Source of the DNA: Oculina patagonica
Taxonomy: Eukaryota
DNA length: 64,000 bases
Reading direction: 5' to 3'
Assembly (NCBI RefSeq): GCF_052425735.1
Contig: NC_135767.1
Span: 15,562,001 to 15,626,000, forward strand
Shown here: piece by piece, positions 10,466 to 19,253 of the stretch
How the letters are laid out: each line of letters opens with the position of its first letter
Position numbering within the stretch: the stretch's first letter is position 1
The notes under the pieces: generated by a model
Told to the model about the DNA's origin: nothing
Seen by the model: the letters and a program-made list of their open reading frames with translations, nothing else
The model's database searches: none
Position numbers and translations under genes: made by a program

Positions 10466-11869
10466 CTAACGCTGGTACACGTCGTACAACACGGCTTTGT
10501 TCTTGTCTATCTCCAAGAGATTCTCAAACTCTCCGTACACGATGATGGTCAAGTTCACAGCTGGGTTGGCTCCAAAGTTCAGCTCTATTAGTAGATTTCC
10601 GGCTTGCTTGGGGTTCATCCTGTAACTGTCCACGCATCCATTGGCCACGTTGTCGAACACGAACAACGTGCAATTCTTTCCTTGTCCCCAATCGTCACCT
10701 CTCACCATGTTTCCTTGCTGCTTGCACAGACATCCGGTGGCTTGCAAGAAACGGTGGTACCCTCTGAGATCTTTGGTGCCATCGTTGTGGACCAACTCTA
10801 GCGTCTCGTAAGGATACTCTTCTCCTCCCACGAGTTGTTTTATGCTGCTCATTCCAAACTTCTGAAAACAGAAGGGATCGTTGACCACGTTCCCGGTGAA
10901 GGCTGTGGACAGTACCATACCCACGATCACGCGGTTGGGAATTCTTCCTTGGAACAAGTTGGTGCATTCGTACCGTCGTTGATCTCCCTGCATGTTGAAG
11001 GTCCGAATCTCGCTTCTCACGGTCGGGTAACTCACCACTTGACTCTTGGTGGTCATCTCATCCATCAGTCTCCTGTACGTCGTGGGATTGAGACGCACTT
11101 GACACAGGTACATTCGAACTTTGACTTCCTCGGCCGTCAACTTTCCTGCCAGACCCACTCCGTTCAAGAACACGTCGGGAGAATTGAAGTACATCTGTAT
11201 TCCTATCTGCACTCTGGGTACCAACAACTTGCTCAGATGAAACACTTCGATGAGGGGTTTGAAACGCAACACGTGTCGCTTGCCTTCCGTGTAATTGGCT
11301 TGTTCTGCTTTAGAGTTCTTGAGAGCCTCCTTGTGATTGGCGGTCAGGGCTACATAGTCTGCGTGTCCAGCTCCAGCGTTGGCTGCAGTGTTCGTGTTAT
11401 TGTCCGTCCACGTGGCTGGGAAATCGATATGATTGTACCATCCTTGAGGTTTCAAGATGGTTTCTCCATCACGTCTGTCGTAATTCAGCAACGTTTCCAA
11501 GAAGGCTCTGTAATGGTACGTGTCCGTCTGGGGACTGATGAGAGTACCGTTGAGACGCACGCTGATTTGCTTGAACAGAGAATGGGCTAGATTGTTGACG
11601 GGCCACAGCTTGTCGGCAGCTGCCACGTTCTCATCGTTGTCTTTCTTCAGTTGCAATTCTACCTCGAAAAAGCTACGGCTGAGATCGATGTAATCTTCTT
11701 GGGGGTCGATCTGAAACTCCACCGGATTGATGCCTGTGGTGTAGGTCTGAACGGGGACCATCCGATACGACGAGACGCTGACGTCTGTCGGTGGTACGGC
11801 GAATAGATCCAATCGAGGATTGGCCTCGCGTCTCGACTGCGGGTAGGCGCTCGAGATGGTTTCGGTCAT
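10466..11869 (-). CDS. Major capsid protein (double jelly-roll, hexon-like), 467 aa
   Basis: LDLFAVPPT, YIDLSRS, PVNNLAHSLFKQI, YHYRAFLETLLNY motifs of Polinton MCP; located between mCP and protease; ATG 11869 overlaps upstream TGA. Confidence 0.85.
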   Translation of the reverse strand: MTETISSAYPQSRREANPRLDLFAVPPTDVSVSSYRMVPVQTYTTGINPVEFQIDPQEDYIDLSRSFFEVELQLKKDNDENVAAADKLWPVNNLAHSLFKQISVRLNGTLISPQTDTYHYRAFLETLLNYDRRDGETILKPQGWYNHIDFPATWTDNNTNTAANAGAGHADYVALTANHKEALKNSKAEQANYTEGKRHVLRFKPLIEVFHLSKLLVPRVQIGIQMYFNSPDVFLNGVGLAGKLTAEEVKVRMYLCQVRLNPTTYRRLMDEMTTKSQVVSYPTVRSEIRTFNMQGDQRRYECTNLFQGRIPNRVIVGMVLSTAFTGNVVNDPFCFQKFGMSSIKQLVGGEEYPYETLELVHNDGTKDLRGYHRFLQATGCLCKQQGNMVRGDDWGQGKNCTLFVFDNVANGCVDSYRMNPKQAGNLLIELNFGANPAVNLTIIVYGEFENLLEIDKNKAVLYDVYQR

Positions 11870-12102
11870 CGTCTTCTCTTCCTTCTTCCACGGCGCTTCC
11901 GTAAGGTCTGTATCCAGTCGTAGCCAGGAGGCTTTCTGACCTCGGGACCTATCCACCCGCCCTTTTGTACTTTTCGTCGTCGCCTCTTTTGTCCCAACAA
12001 GGCCTGGTTCAAAAGTGCCAGTGAGAATCCTTCTCCCCGCTGTCTGACGGGGGCGCGTTTGGATCGGACCAGTCTGGACGATCGCGAGTAAACGGGATTC
12101 AT
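11866..12102 (-). CDS. Small basic core-like protein with two protease-type sites
   Basis: QRGEG/F and QKGG/W motifs, Arg tracts; ATGA overlaps at both ends. Confidence 0.65.
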   Translation of the reverse strand: MNPVYSRSSRLVRSKRAPVRQRGEGFSLALLNQALLGQKRRRRKVQKGGWIGPEVRKPPGYDWIQTLRKRRGRRKRRR

Positions 12103-12356
12103 TTTTCGGCAAAGATGTCGTTCAGTTTTCTCTTGACGTTTCGTTCTATGACGTTTTTCAGTTTGCGTTTCACGACTCGTTTAGGACCACTCTTGGCTCC
12201 TTGACCCGCTTTACGAATGCGGTCCGCGACGCCGCGCCCACTCTTAAATCCTCTCACGGCTCCACCCAGAGACTCTCTCACGATGTCGGCCAAAAATCCG
12301 TTCCCCTCTTGAGGTGGAGGATCCGGTGTGAAACGCGTCAGGGCACCGCCTCTCAT
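12099..12356 (-). CDS. Basic amphipathic protein, adenovirus pVI-like/cupiennin-like membrane-active candidate
   Basis: MRGG/A and QEGNG/FLADIVRESLGGAVRGFK; located between mCP and MCP. Confidence 0.6.
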   Translation of the reverse strand: MRGGALTRFTPDPPPQEGNGFLADIVRESLGGAVRGFKSGRGVADRIRKAGQGAKSGPKRVVKRKLKNVIERNVKRKLNDIFAEK

Positions 12357-13384
12357 GTTCGCTTGATATGTAAGGTCACGATCGTGTTGCCTTCGCCAAA
12401 ATCCACCAGTTTACCTGTAGTCTCGCTCACTTGCGTTTCAATAATGTCCACAATCTGGTTGCGGAGTGGAATATATTGTATGTGGAGAGGTTCAAAGTAC
12501 TTGATACCTTTTCCTTCACGTTGAAAGTGAATTTCCCGCAACAGATCCGTGACTTGATTTCCCACTACGGAACTACCACCCACATCTGAGTAAACGAAAA
12601 GCGTACGCGATGCGTCTCCAATCACTTTTTGGAAGGCTCTGTTGAGTTTCACAAAGCGCCAGTTACAATAGCAACTCAAGAAAAGCTGTCCATTCTCAAC
12701 AACCCAGAAATTTTTCTTGCCCTCTCCAAAATCATCCACGTCTATGGGATCGGGTATCGTAGCGTGGTGGCATTCCGGCTTCAGGTTCGGCCCGAGAAAC
12801 ACGTTTTCTTTCTCGTCCTTTTTTACCCATCCCATGTCAAAGGCCAAATCCTCGTTGAAAGACATGTAATATGGGACGCCTTCAGTTTTCACTTCCGAGA
12901 CGTCCAAGTTCGAGTTGTCGAGGACTAGTTCTTCACCTTCCCACTTGAACGTATATTCCCACTGCTTTCCATTATCGGGCGACTTGGTCAAGTCTCCCAC
13001 GATACGCTTGTATTCTTTGACTTGATCGAACTTGAAGACCAGGGCTTTCATGAAACTGAGGCCATCCACGATGTTGTCGTCATATAGAATGTCCTGGAAC
13101 GTCAGATCGGTGGTCACCGACTTGCTTTGCACGCGACCCTCCTGGTCTTTGCGCTTGAGCATCCACTGGGCACTCAAGAGAGGAAACTTGAACGACTTAA
13201 AGCGAGTTAAGTCGATGCTGGCATCTGGCACGGAAATGCTACTCAATCCCACTTTCCAACCGGTTCCTTGCAATCGTAGCGGGTGAGGTAATCGCACCTT
13301 GAAAGAGTTTGCTCTATTCTCTGGAAACTCGGTTCCGCTGCTGTGACTGGGTAACGTGACGTAAAATCCTTCCTCGTGGCTCAT
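12353..13384 (-). CDS. Minor capsid protein (penton, single jelly-roll with insertion)
   Basis: FYVTLPSHSS...FPENRANSFKVRLP...WKVGLSSI; LFVYSDV...VGNQ..LLREI...YIPL...VTLHIKR. Confidence 0.88.
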   Translation of the reverse strand: MSHEEGFYVTLPSHSSGTEFPENRANSFKVRLPHPLRLQGTGWKVGLSSISVPDASIDLTRFKSFKFPLLSAQWMLKRKDQEGRVQSKSVTTDLTFQDILYDDNIVDGLSFMKALVFKFDQVKEYKRIVGDLTKSPDNGKQWEYTFKWEGEELVLDNSNLDVSEVKTEGVPYYMSFNEDLAFDMGWVKKDEKENVFLGPNLKPECHHATIPDPIDVDDFGEGKKNFWVVENGQLFLSCYCNWRFVKLNRAFQKVIGDASRTLFVYSDVGGSSVVGNQVTDLLREIHFQREGKGIKYFEPLHIQYIPLRNQIVDIIETQVSETTGKLVDFGEGNTIVTLHIKRT

Positions 13385-14469
13385 GATTTTTTTAGAGCCG
13401 TCTTCTCGATCCAGCTGTCGTACTTGTCTGGCCAGCCTTTCCAGTGCACCAAGACTTTATTTCCTTTTCGTTTGACGATCTTGTCCACCCTGAAGACATC
13501 GTCGTCGGACACTGCGACTTTTTGTAGATCTTCCTTGTAAAACGTACCGCGAAGGGGGGTGTCGTCCAACTCTTGGATCTTGTAAGTCGTGACGGGTGGT
13601 CCCCGACGCACCTCTCGTATCACAAACACTTCTTCGGTCCAGCCGGGTAAATACCCTTTCTCGAACGTGCGAAATTTCTTGTTCAATCTCACGCGTTCTC
13701 CTACTTTTAGCGGGGTTTTTCGTTCTCTTTTACCCGACGACAATCTCTTCGCGTACAGACGTTCCCACACTTTTCCTTCGTTGCTCGCATCCACTTTCTC
13801 GGGGTTGGTGCCGATGCTACGATGGTGGGATCCGTTGTACCCTTTCACCAAGGCCTGGAGTACGGGTAGGTAGCTCAGCGTGTTCTTGGCGGTAAAGTAT
13901 CGGTACATGCGTTCCTTGAGAGTGCGGTTGAAGCGTTCCACGATGCTGGCTTTGGTATCTCCGGCCGTGGAAAAGTGGTGGATGCCTTCCCGTTTCATCA
14001 ACGCGGCAAACGTCTTGTTGTAAAATTCTTTCCCGTCGTCGGTCTGTAGGTTCTGAGGTTTGCGTCCATCGGCTCGTTTCAAAATCTTGGCAAAGGCGCC
14101 CGACACCGTTTTTCCCGTCTTGTCTTTTAGGGGTTCCACCCAAGCATATTTAGACAAGACGTCGATCACGTTGAGTAGATATCTGTGACCCTTGTTGTAT
14201 TTGGACAACGGTTGCGTTTCCACTAAATCGGCTACCCACTGTTGGTCGACATTAAACACCAGGACCGGTAACGTGGCAAAACGACGTCTGCGCGGTTTGT
14301 GAAGGGTATAACCCAAATCGCGCTCCAATACTTTTTTGGCTGTGTCGACGGATATCTTGTGCGATTTGGCGAATCTTGCTATCCCACCCAAGCTACCCGG
14401 TTGACTGGGATCGTGGTAGTCCGAAAGTATCTTCTCATCCTTTTTCTTTTTCTTCATCTTCTTTGGCAT
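13381..14469 (-). CDS. Retroviral-type (rve) integrase with C-terminal chromodomain
   Basis: DDE core WVADLV / QTDDGKEF / IVERFNRTLK; chromodomain VHWKGWPDKYDSWI. Confidence 0.95.
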   Translation of the reverse strand: MPKKMKKKKKDEKILSDYHDPSQPGSLGGIARFAKSHKISVDTAKKVLERDLGYTLHKPRRRRFATLPVLVFNVDQQWVADLVETQPLSKYNKGHRYLLNVIDVLSKYAWVEPLKDKTGKTVSGAFAKILKRADGRKPQNLQTDDGKEFYNKTFAALMKREGIHHFSTAGDTKASIVERFNRTLKERMYRYFTAKNTLSYLPVLQALVKGYNGSHHRSIGTNPEKVDASNEGKVWERLYAKRLSSGKRERKTPLKVGERVRLNKKFRTFEKGYLPGWTEEVFVIREVRRGPPVTTYKIQELDDTPLRGTFYKEDLQKVAVSDDDVFRVDKIVKRKGNKVLVHWKGWPDKYDSWIEKTALKKS

Positions 14470-14765
14470 GTCGACGATGCTCTGACCACCCTCATGTAAG
14501 TGTCGTGTAATTTATGAGCTGCCTCTTCGATCGCGGTCGGATGAAGTTTGTAAATGGAGGCAAACAGCTCGTCGGGATCTTTGAAATGTCTCAACCATAA
14601 TATAAACGGTATCAATCTGAAATAGTTTTGTTCTATGTGGGTGGCTTCGAACACTCTCAATGGGGAGTCATTCGTATCTTCCGGTATATCTATACCCCTC
14701 CCAAATTCAGCATACGCTTTCTCGCACAATCTTTTCAACCACTCCCACTTTCCATACAGATCCAT
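14454..14765 (-). CDS. Polinton hypothetical protein (103 aa)
   Basis: ATG ORF overlapping the integrase start. Confidence 0.55.
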   Translation of the reverse strand: MDLYGKWEWLKRLCEKAYAEFGRGIDIPEDTNDSPLRVFEATHIEQNYFRLIPFILWLRHFKDPDELFASIYKLHPTAIEEAAHKLHDTYMRVVRASSTCQRR

Positions 14766-14792
14766 GACAAATGAACTTTTATTTATACAACG

Positions 14793-15563
14793 TCAATTTA
14801 AATAGCCTGCATCAATAAATATGTTATCAAAAGATTTTGTACATGTTTCGCAACTTCTAGGTCTCCACAGTTTGGCTTTTTGGTAGTCGTCGCCCAGGTA
14901 AGCTTCGTCTTTATCCATGGCGCAACGGTTGCAGAGATCTCTGTCTAACAATCTATCCGCTATTTCTTGCCAGCGATTGCTTTCTAGGCGTTGCAATTTT
15001 ACTTGAGTTGCCAGTTGGTTGCACAGTTCTTCGTACGTGTTTGCGTCGACCGTGATGGGTTGTTTCAAGTAAGCAGACAATGTCTGGCTTAGGGCTACAC
15101 TCGCTCTCAACGGGGCGATGAGATCTTCTAAACCACTCCGGTCGTCAAAGTCGCAGACGTTCGCGTTCAGCCAGAACGAGACGCCGTTGCCAATGGGCGG
15201 CGGTTTGCGAGACGTCACGAAGAAAAAGGCTCGCTGCAATGGCACGTAGACAAATTCATTCCAATGTCTATCCCAGAGATAACCGTGCCCAATGTCTTTG
15301 AGGGTCGTTAGGACGGCTCCCTTCCAGTGAGGGTTCTCTTTGAGCCATTCACTTTCGGTGACGCGGTTTTTGGCACACCCGCGCTCTTTCACCATGTCCT
15401 CGAAGACATAGACTCTCCTTGGAATGTTTTCGGGTATGGTGGTGGGATAGTCTAACGACAACGTACTCATTCCCGTGTCGGTCTGGATCTTTTTTTCTAG
15501 CTTTGTACAATTGGTGTAGAAGAGTCGTTGTTCCAGGTCCATCCAGTTTTTTCTCGTACCCAT
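14793..15563 (-). CDS. Polinton hypothetical protein (256 aa) with C-terminal CxxC...CxxC
   Basis: ATG 15563 lies 1 nt after the upstream TGA; CNRC and CETC; AATAAA at ~14778 (minus strand). Confidence 0.65.
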   Translation of the reverse strand: MGTRKNWMDLEQRLFYTNCTKLEKKIQTDTGMSTLSLDYPTTIPENIPRRVYVFEDMVKERGCAKNRVTESEWLKENPHWKGAVLTTLKDIGHGYLWDRHWNEFVYVPLQRAFFFVTSRKPPPIGNGVSFWLNANVCDFDDRSGLEDLIAPLRASVALSQTLSAYLKQPITVDANTYEELCNQLATQVKLQRLESNRWQEIADRLLDRDLCNRCAMDKDEAYLGDDYQKAKLWRPRSCETCTKSFDNIFIDAGYLN

Positions 15564-15564
15564 G

Positions 15565-15840
15565 TCACTGCTCTTGGCTTGCTTCGGCCGAACCTTTGTG
15601 TAATGCACTCTCCAGATCACAAAACCAATGCTCTTGACACTGCATAAACGTGTAGCCGGCTTCCATGCCACGTTTCGCGCGCTCCAATAGGTAATCTTCG
15701 TCCGATTGATAATCGCCCCTTTTTAGATCCCTATAGTAAGGCAATGGTTCCCAGTCCTTGGGATCTCCTTGTACAAAGACACCGTTGACTTGTGGGGTTT
15801 GAGGTTGAGTTTGGCTGAAATCGCTCTCTGTGCTTTCCAT
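15565..15840 (-). CDS. Polinton hypothetical protein (91 aa, acidic)
   Basis: First ATG after a TATA/Inr promoter on the minus strand. Confidence 0.6.
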   Translation of the reverse strand: MESTESDFSQTQPQTPQVNGVFVQGDPKDWEPLPYYRDLKRGDYQSDEDYLLERAKRGMEAGYTFMQCQEHWFCDLESALHKGSAEASQEQ

Positions 15841-15844
15841 CGCT

Positions 15845-16025
15845 ACAACTGAGTCGACAAATGGACGCGCAGCTCTTTTTATACGTTGGATGACGTCACC
15901 TGGGTCATTGCCGGTTGGTCGGAAGAGGTCACGTGTTACCTCTCTGGTTGGTTCGTGCGTATTGACGTCATCCGAGAGTAAAGTATAAAAGCACCGTGTT
16001 GTCTCCTGTTAGTCCTCAGTTGGAG
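15845..16025. promoter_or_regulatory. Symmetric bidirectional Pol II promoter
   Basis: TATAAAA at 15877-15883 (-) and 15984-15990 (+); TCAGTT Inr at 15847-15852 (-) and 16016-16021 (+); CRE TGACGTCA at 15891 and 15963; E-box GTCACGTG at 15928. Confidence 0.75.
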
Positions 16026-16038
16026 CATCGAGAGCACC

Positions 16039-16947
16039 ATGGACGTAGCAGAACCCCAAAAAAAGCGACAGAGGAGAGGGACTGGAAACCCCAAGAAACC
16101 CAAAGTCCCCCGTAAAAAGAGACATCCTACAAAGAAGAAGATGGAGTTGAAAGAGGAAGTGTTGGAGGAGGGTGAAATTTTCGACCCCGACCAGTTCCTG
16201 CAACAGACCTTTGTCGACACGGAGCGCGACCCGGTTTGCCCCGTCCACAAAGAACCGCTGACCAAGAGAATGACGGACGGGGGATGGGAGTTCTACTTTT
16301 GCCCCCACACGAGCGAAGGCACCATCTGTTTCATTTGCACCGGTAGCGCCCACATTGACCAGTACGTGGTGGCGGTCAATCAACAGTTACCGGCTTACTA
16401 TTATTGGAACACGGATAAGATGAAATGTTACTGCAACGAGAGTCTCATTCTGAGCATGTCGAAATCAGAGAGCAACCCGGACAGGATCTACCTCAAGTGC
16501 AGAAAGGGTAAATGCCGGTTCTTCCAATGGGCAGACAGTCTTCCGTTTGGCAAGATCAAAGCCTGGCTGGAAGGAAAGGAATATGTGGGAAACGAGGATC
16601 CCCTCTACTCGAGAAGGTCTGGACTGGACTCTAGGGACGAATTTGGATACCCCAGAAGAGGACAAGACGTGGTGGATAGACCGCAACGAATTCTGGATGG
16701 GAGACCCGCCTTCAAAGTACAACACTACCCACCCCCGGTCAAGGATTGGATTGGTGATCTTCCCTTGGACGAGTCATTGGTCAAACAGTGTCAAGAGCAA
16801 AAGTTTTGGGTGGATGGAGAAGGGAAAATTATTCTTCCCCCGGAATTGGCTGGCGTGAAGTACGACTCGGATGAAGAGAAAATGCTGAGAAATCAACTGT
16901 ATCTGAGATGCATTTCCCAGAAACAATATCCTAATTTGGATCATTGA
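16039..16947 (+). CDS. GRF-type zinc-finger protein with N-terminal NLS
   Basis: CYCNESLILSMSKSESNPDRIYLKCRKGKCRFFQWAD = zf-GRF; a second related Cys/His cluster CPVH...FYFCP...CFIC; KKRQRR/PRKKRH NLS. Confidence 0.8.
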   Translation: MDVAEPQKKRQRRGTGNPKKPKVPRKKRHPTKKKMELKEEVLEEGEIFDPDQFLQQTFVDTERDPVCPVHKEPLTKRMTDGGWEFYFCPHTSEGTICFICTGSAHIDQYVVAVNQQLPAYYYWNTDKMKCYCNESLILSMSKSESNPDRIYLKCRKGKCRFFQWADSLPFGKIKAWLEGKEYVGNEDPLYSRRSGLDSRDEFGYPRRGQDVVDRPQRILDGRPAFKVQHYPPPVKDWIGDLPLDESLVKQCQEQKFWVDGEGKIILPPELAGVKYDSDEEKMLRNQLYLRCISQKQYPNLDH

Positions 16948-17012
16948 GATTTACAGTTTAAACATTTTCATATATTTTCTACGTCAAGCATCAGAGTGCA
17001 GTTGGCTCTGGC

Positions 17013-17534
17013 ATGACTCCGGAAAACGTGTGCATGATCTTGGACTTGGAAGGTTACTTTGTGGAGAAGACGTTTCGAGTACGCGAGTTGGGTTATTACA
17101 CTTGGCAAGAAAAGTTCGGACGCCATGCTTTCTACATGAGAATGTCGTGGTGCAACTTATCTTCCAGAGACAGAAAAACCGTGTCTTACGTCAAATACAA
17201 CGTGCACGGACTGACGTATCAACCCAGAAAGGAAGAAAAGGCCTACGAGTATGACAGGGTGGAGGAGGTGATGTGGGATTTGTACGAGGAGACCAAAACC
17301 CCCGAGAGAACCGTGGTGGCTTACAAGGGAGGACACGTAGAAAGAGACTTGTTGAACAAACTGAACATTCCTAGCGTGAATTTAGAACTGTACGGATGTC
17401 CGAAATACGACGTGTTGAAAGAGACAATTGTAGAACCTTTACCTAGTTGCGGTTTTCATCTATACGAAGGACATTGTCCAATGACCGAATGTCATGCTTT
17501 CTGGTTATGGTACCAGACTTTTGTTGTTAAATAA
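17013..17534 (+). CDS. DnaQ/DEDDh-fold nuclease, Maelstrom-like
   Basis: ExoI ILDLEG, VRELG, VHGL, ERDLL, C-terminal CGFH...HCPMTEC; stop overlaps AATAAA. Confidence 0.68.
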   Translation: MTPENVCMILDLEGYFVEKTFRVRELGYYTWQEKFGRHAFYMRMSWCNLSSRDRKTVSYVKYNVHGLTYQPRKEEKAYEYDRVEEVMWDLYEETKTPERTVVAYKGGHVERDLLNKLNIPSVNLELYGCPKYDVLKETIVEPLPSCGFHLYEGHCPMTECHAFWLWYQTFVVK

Positions 17535-17589
17535 ATTTAAAAATTGCTCCATGCCGAAACTGAATTACGAGAGTATGGGATTCAATCGC

Positions 17590-18760
17590 TTAAACAACAA
17601 CAACAAATACCGCACGCTAAATTATATTTTTTCGCGAACGGTGAAAATCACAACAAAGTCGATGACACTTGTGCTTAGAGTCCAAAAATATGAAATTTTC
17701 GGCTCAATAACATTCATCGAAATAATATCTTTTATGGTTGGACGTCTTTTTGATTTAAGGGCCGAAAAAAATATTTTTTCTTCGAGAAAAAACATTTGAA
17801 CAACGGCCGAATGAACCACCTACAACGATTATATTTTTAGCGGCCGGTGAAAAAATCACAACAAACTCGTTGACACACTTGTTTAGGGTGTAAAAATGTG
17901 AAGATCCGGCTCAATGACTTGCTTTGAGATTCACTAAAATAATATCATTCATGGTTGGACGTCCCTTTCATTTCAGGGCCGCAAAAACAAACAAACAAAC
18001 AAACGCATTTAAACAACAACAAATACCGTACGCTAAATTATATTTTTTCACGAACGGTGAAAATCACAACAAAGTCGATGACACACTTGTTTAGAGTCTA
18101 AAAATGTAAAAAAGTCGGCTCAATGACTTGCTTTGCGTTTTACTAAATTAATACCATTCATGGTTGGACATCTCTTTGATTTAAGGGCCGCAAAAACATT
18201 TTTTCCTCGAGAAAAATGCATTTGATCAACGGTCAAATGAACTGCACGCTAAAATTATATTTTTTCGCGACCGGTGAAAATCACAACAAAGTCGATGACA
18301 CTTGTGCTTAGAGTCCAAAAATATGAAATTTTCGGCTCAATAACATTCATCGAAATAATATCATTCATGGTTAGACGCCCCTTTGATATAAGGGTCGCAA
18401 AAAAAAAAATTTTTTTCTTCGAGAAAAATGCATTTGAACAACGGCCAAACGAACCTCACGCTAAAATTATATTTTTTCGCGAACGGTAAAAATCACAACA
18501 AAGTCGTTCACACACTTGTTTAGAGTCTAAAAATGTGAAAGGTTCGGCTCAATAACTTGCTTTGAGTTTCAGTGAAATGATATCATTCATGGTTGGACGT
18601 CCCTTTTGATTTAAGGGCCGCGAAAAAATTTTTTCTTCGAGAACAAACATTTGAACAACGGACAAATGAACCGCACACTAAAATTATATTTTCTCATCAA
18701 ACGGTATATAGAATCACAACAGAGCGGTTGACACATTTGTTTAGGATTTACAACGTTTAA
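17590..18760. repeat. Internal tandem array, ~6 diverged ~210-bp units
   Basis: AATCACAACA recurs at ~17645, 17854, 18062, 18279, 18490, 18712 with similar flanks. Confidence 0.88.
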
Positions 18761-19253
18761 GCTTCACTTCTAGTGGCTAGTTTTTAATTTTTTCTGAATC
18801 CTAGTTGAAGGTTCCTTCGATATTTTTAGGACCGCGAAAAGAAAAAGATGAAAGCGTTTGTTTACGAAAGACAACGACAACTGCGCGAGCAATTTCGCTA
18901 AAAAGAATAACTCAGTCCACCAAAAACGACTTGTTTATTCGTAAAGTTCTGTTTCTTCTTTTTTTTTTTTGACCATAAACACAACTAGACCAAAAAACCT
19001 TGAACGAAATGAACGGGTCTAAAACCTTTTTCTTCTTTACTATGCACGGTTCATGATGGCCGCACGAACAAAAACAAACCACTCGTCAAAATTTACAACG
19101 TAACCAAATTTATTTTTCGCAGTAAATACAATTTATCAAACGCTCTTCGTCTTGTACAGTAGAGTATGGAGACATTAGCTCACCTTAAAGCTTATATCCT
19201 TCTTGAAAAGAGCTGTAATCCGACAAGAAAACTTTGTCCGTTTTACTGTACTT

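Noticed and set aside
10835-11590. Long antisense ORFs over MCP (also 21092-21874 over pPolB, 5916-6425, 47331-47927)
   Set aside because: Shadow frames of real genes; no motifs
11870-12112. 81-aa N-terminal extension of MCP in the ORF track
   Set aside because: Non-ATG start and overlaps the 78-aa basic gene; MCP similarity begins after ATG 11869
17590-18760. CRISPR-like array next to a nuclease
   Set aside because: Whole units are homologous; no constant repeat / unique spacer structure. The same applies to the TIR repeats, 28200-30940 and 33066-33280
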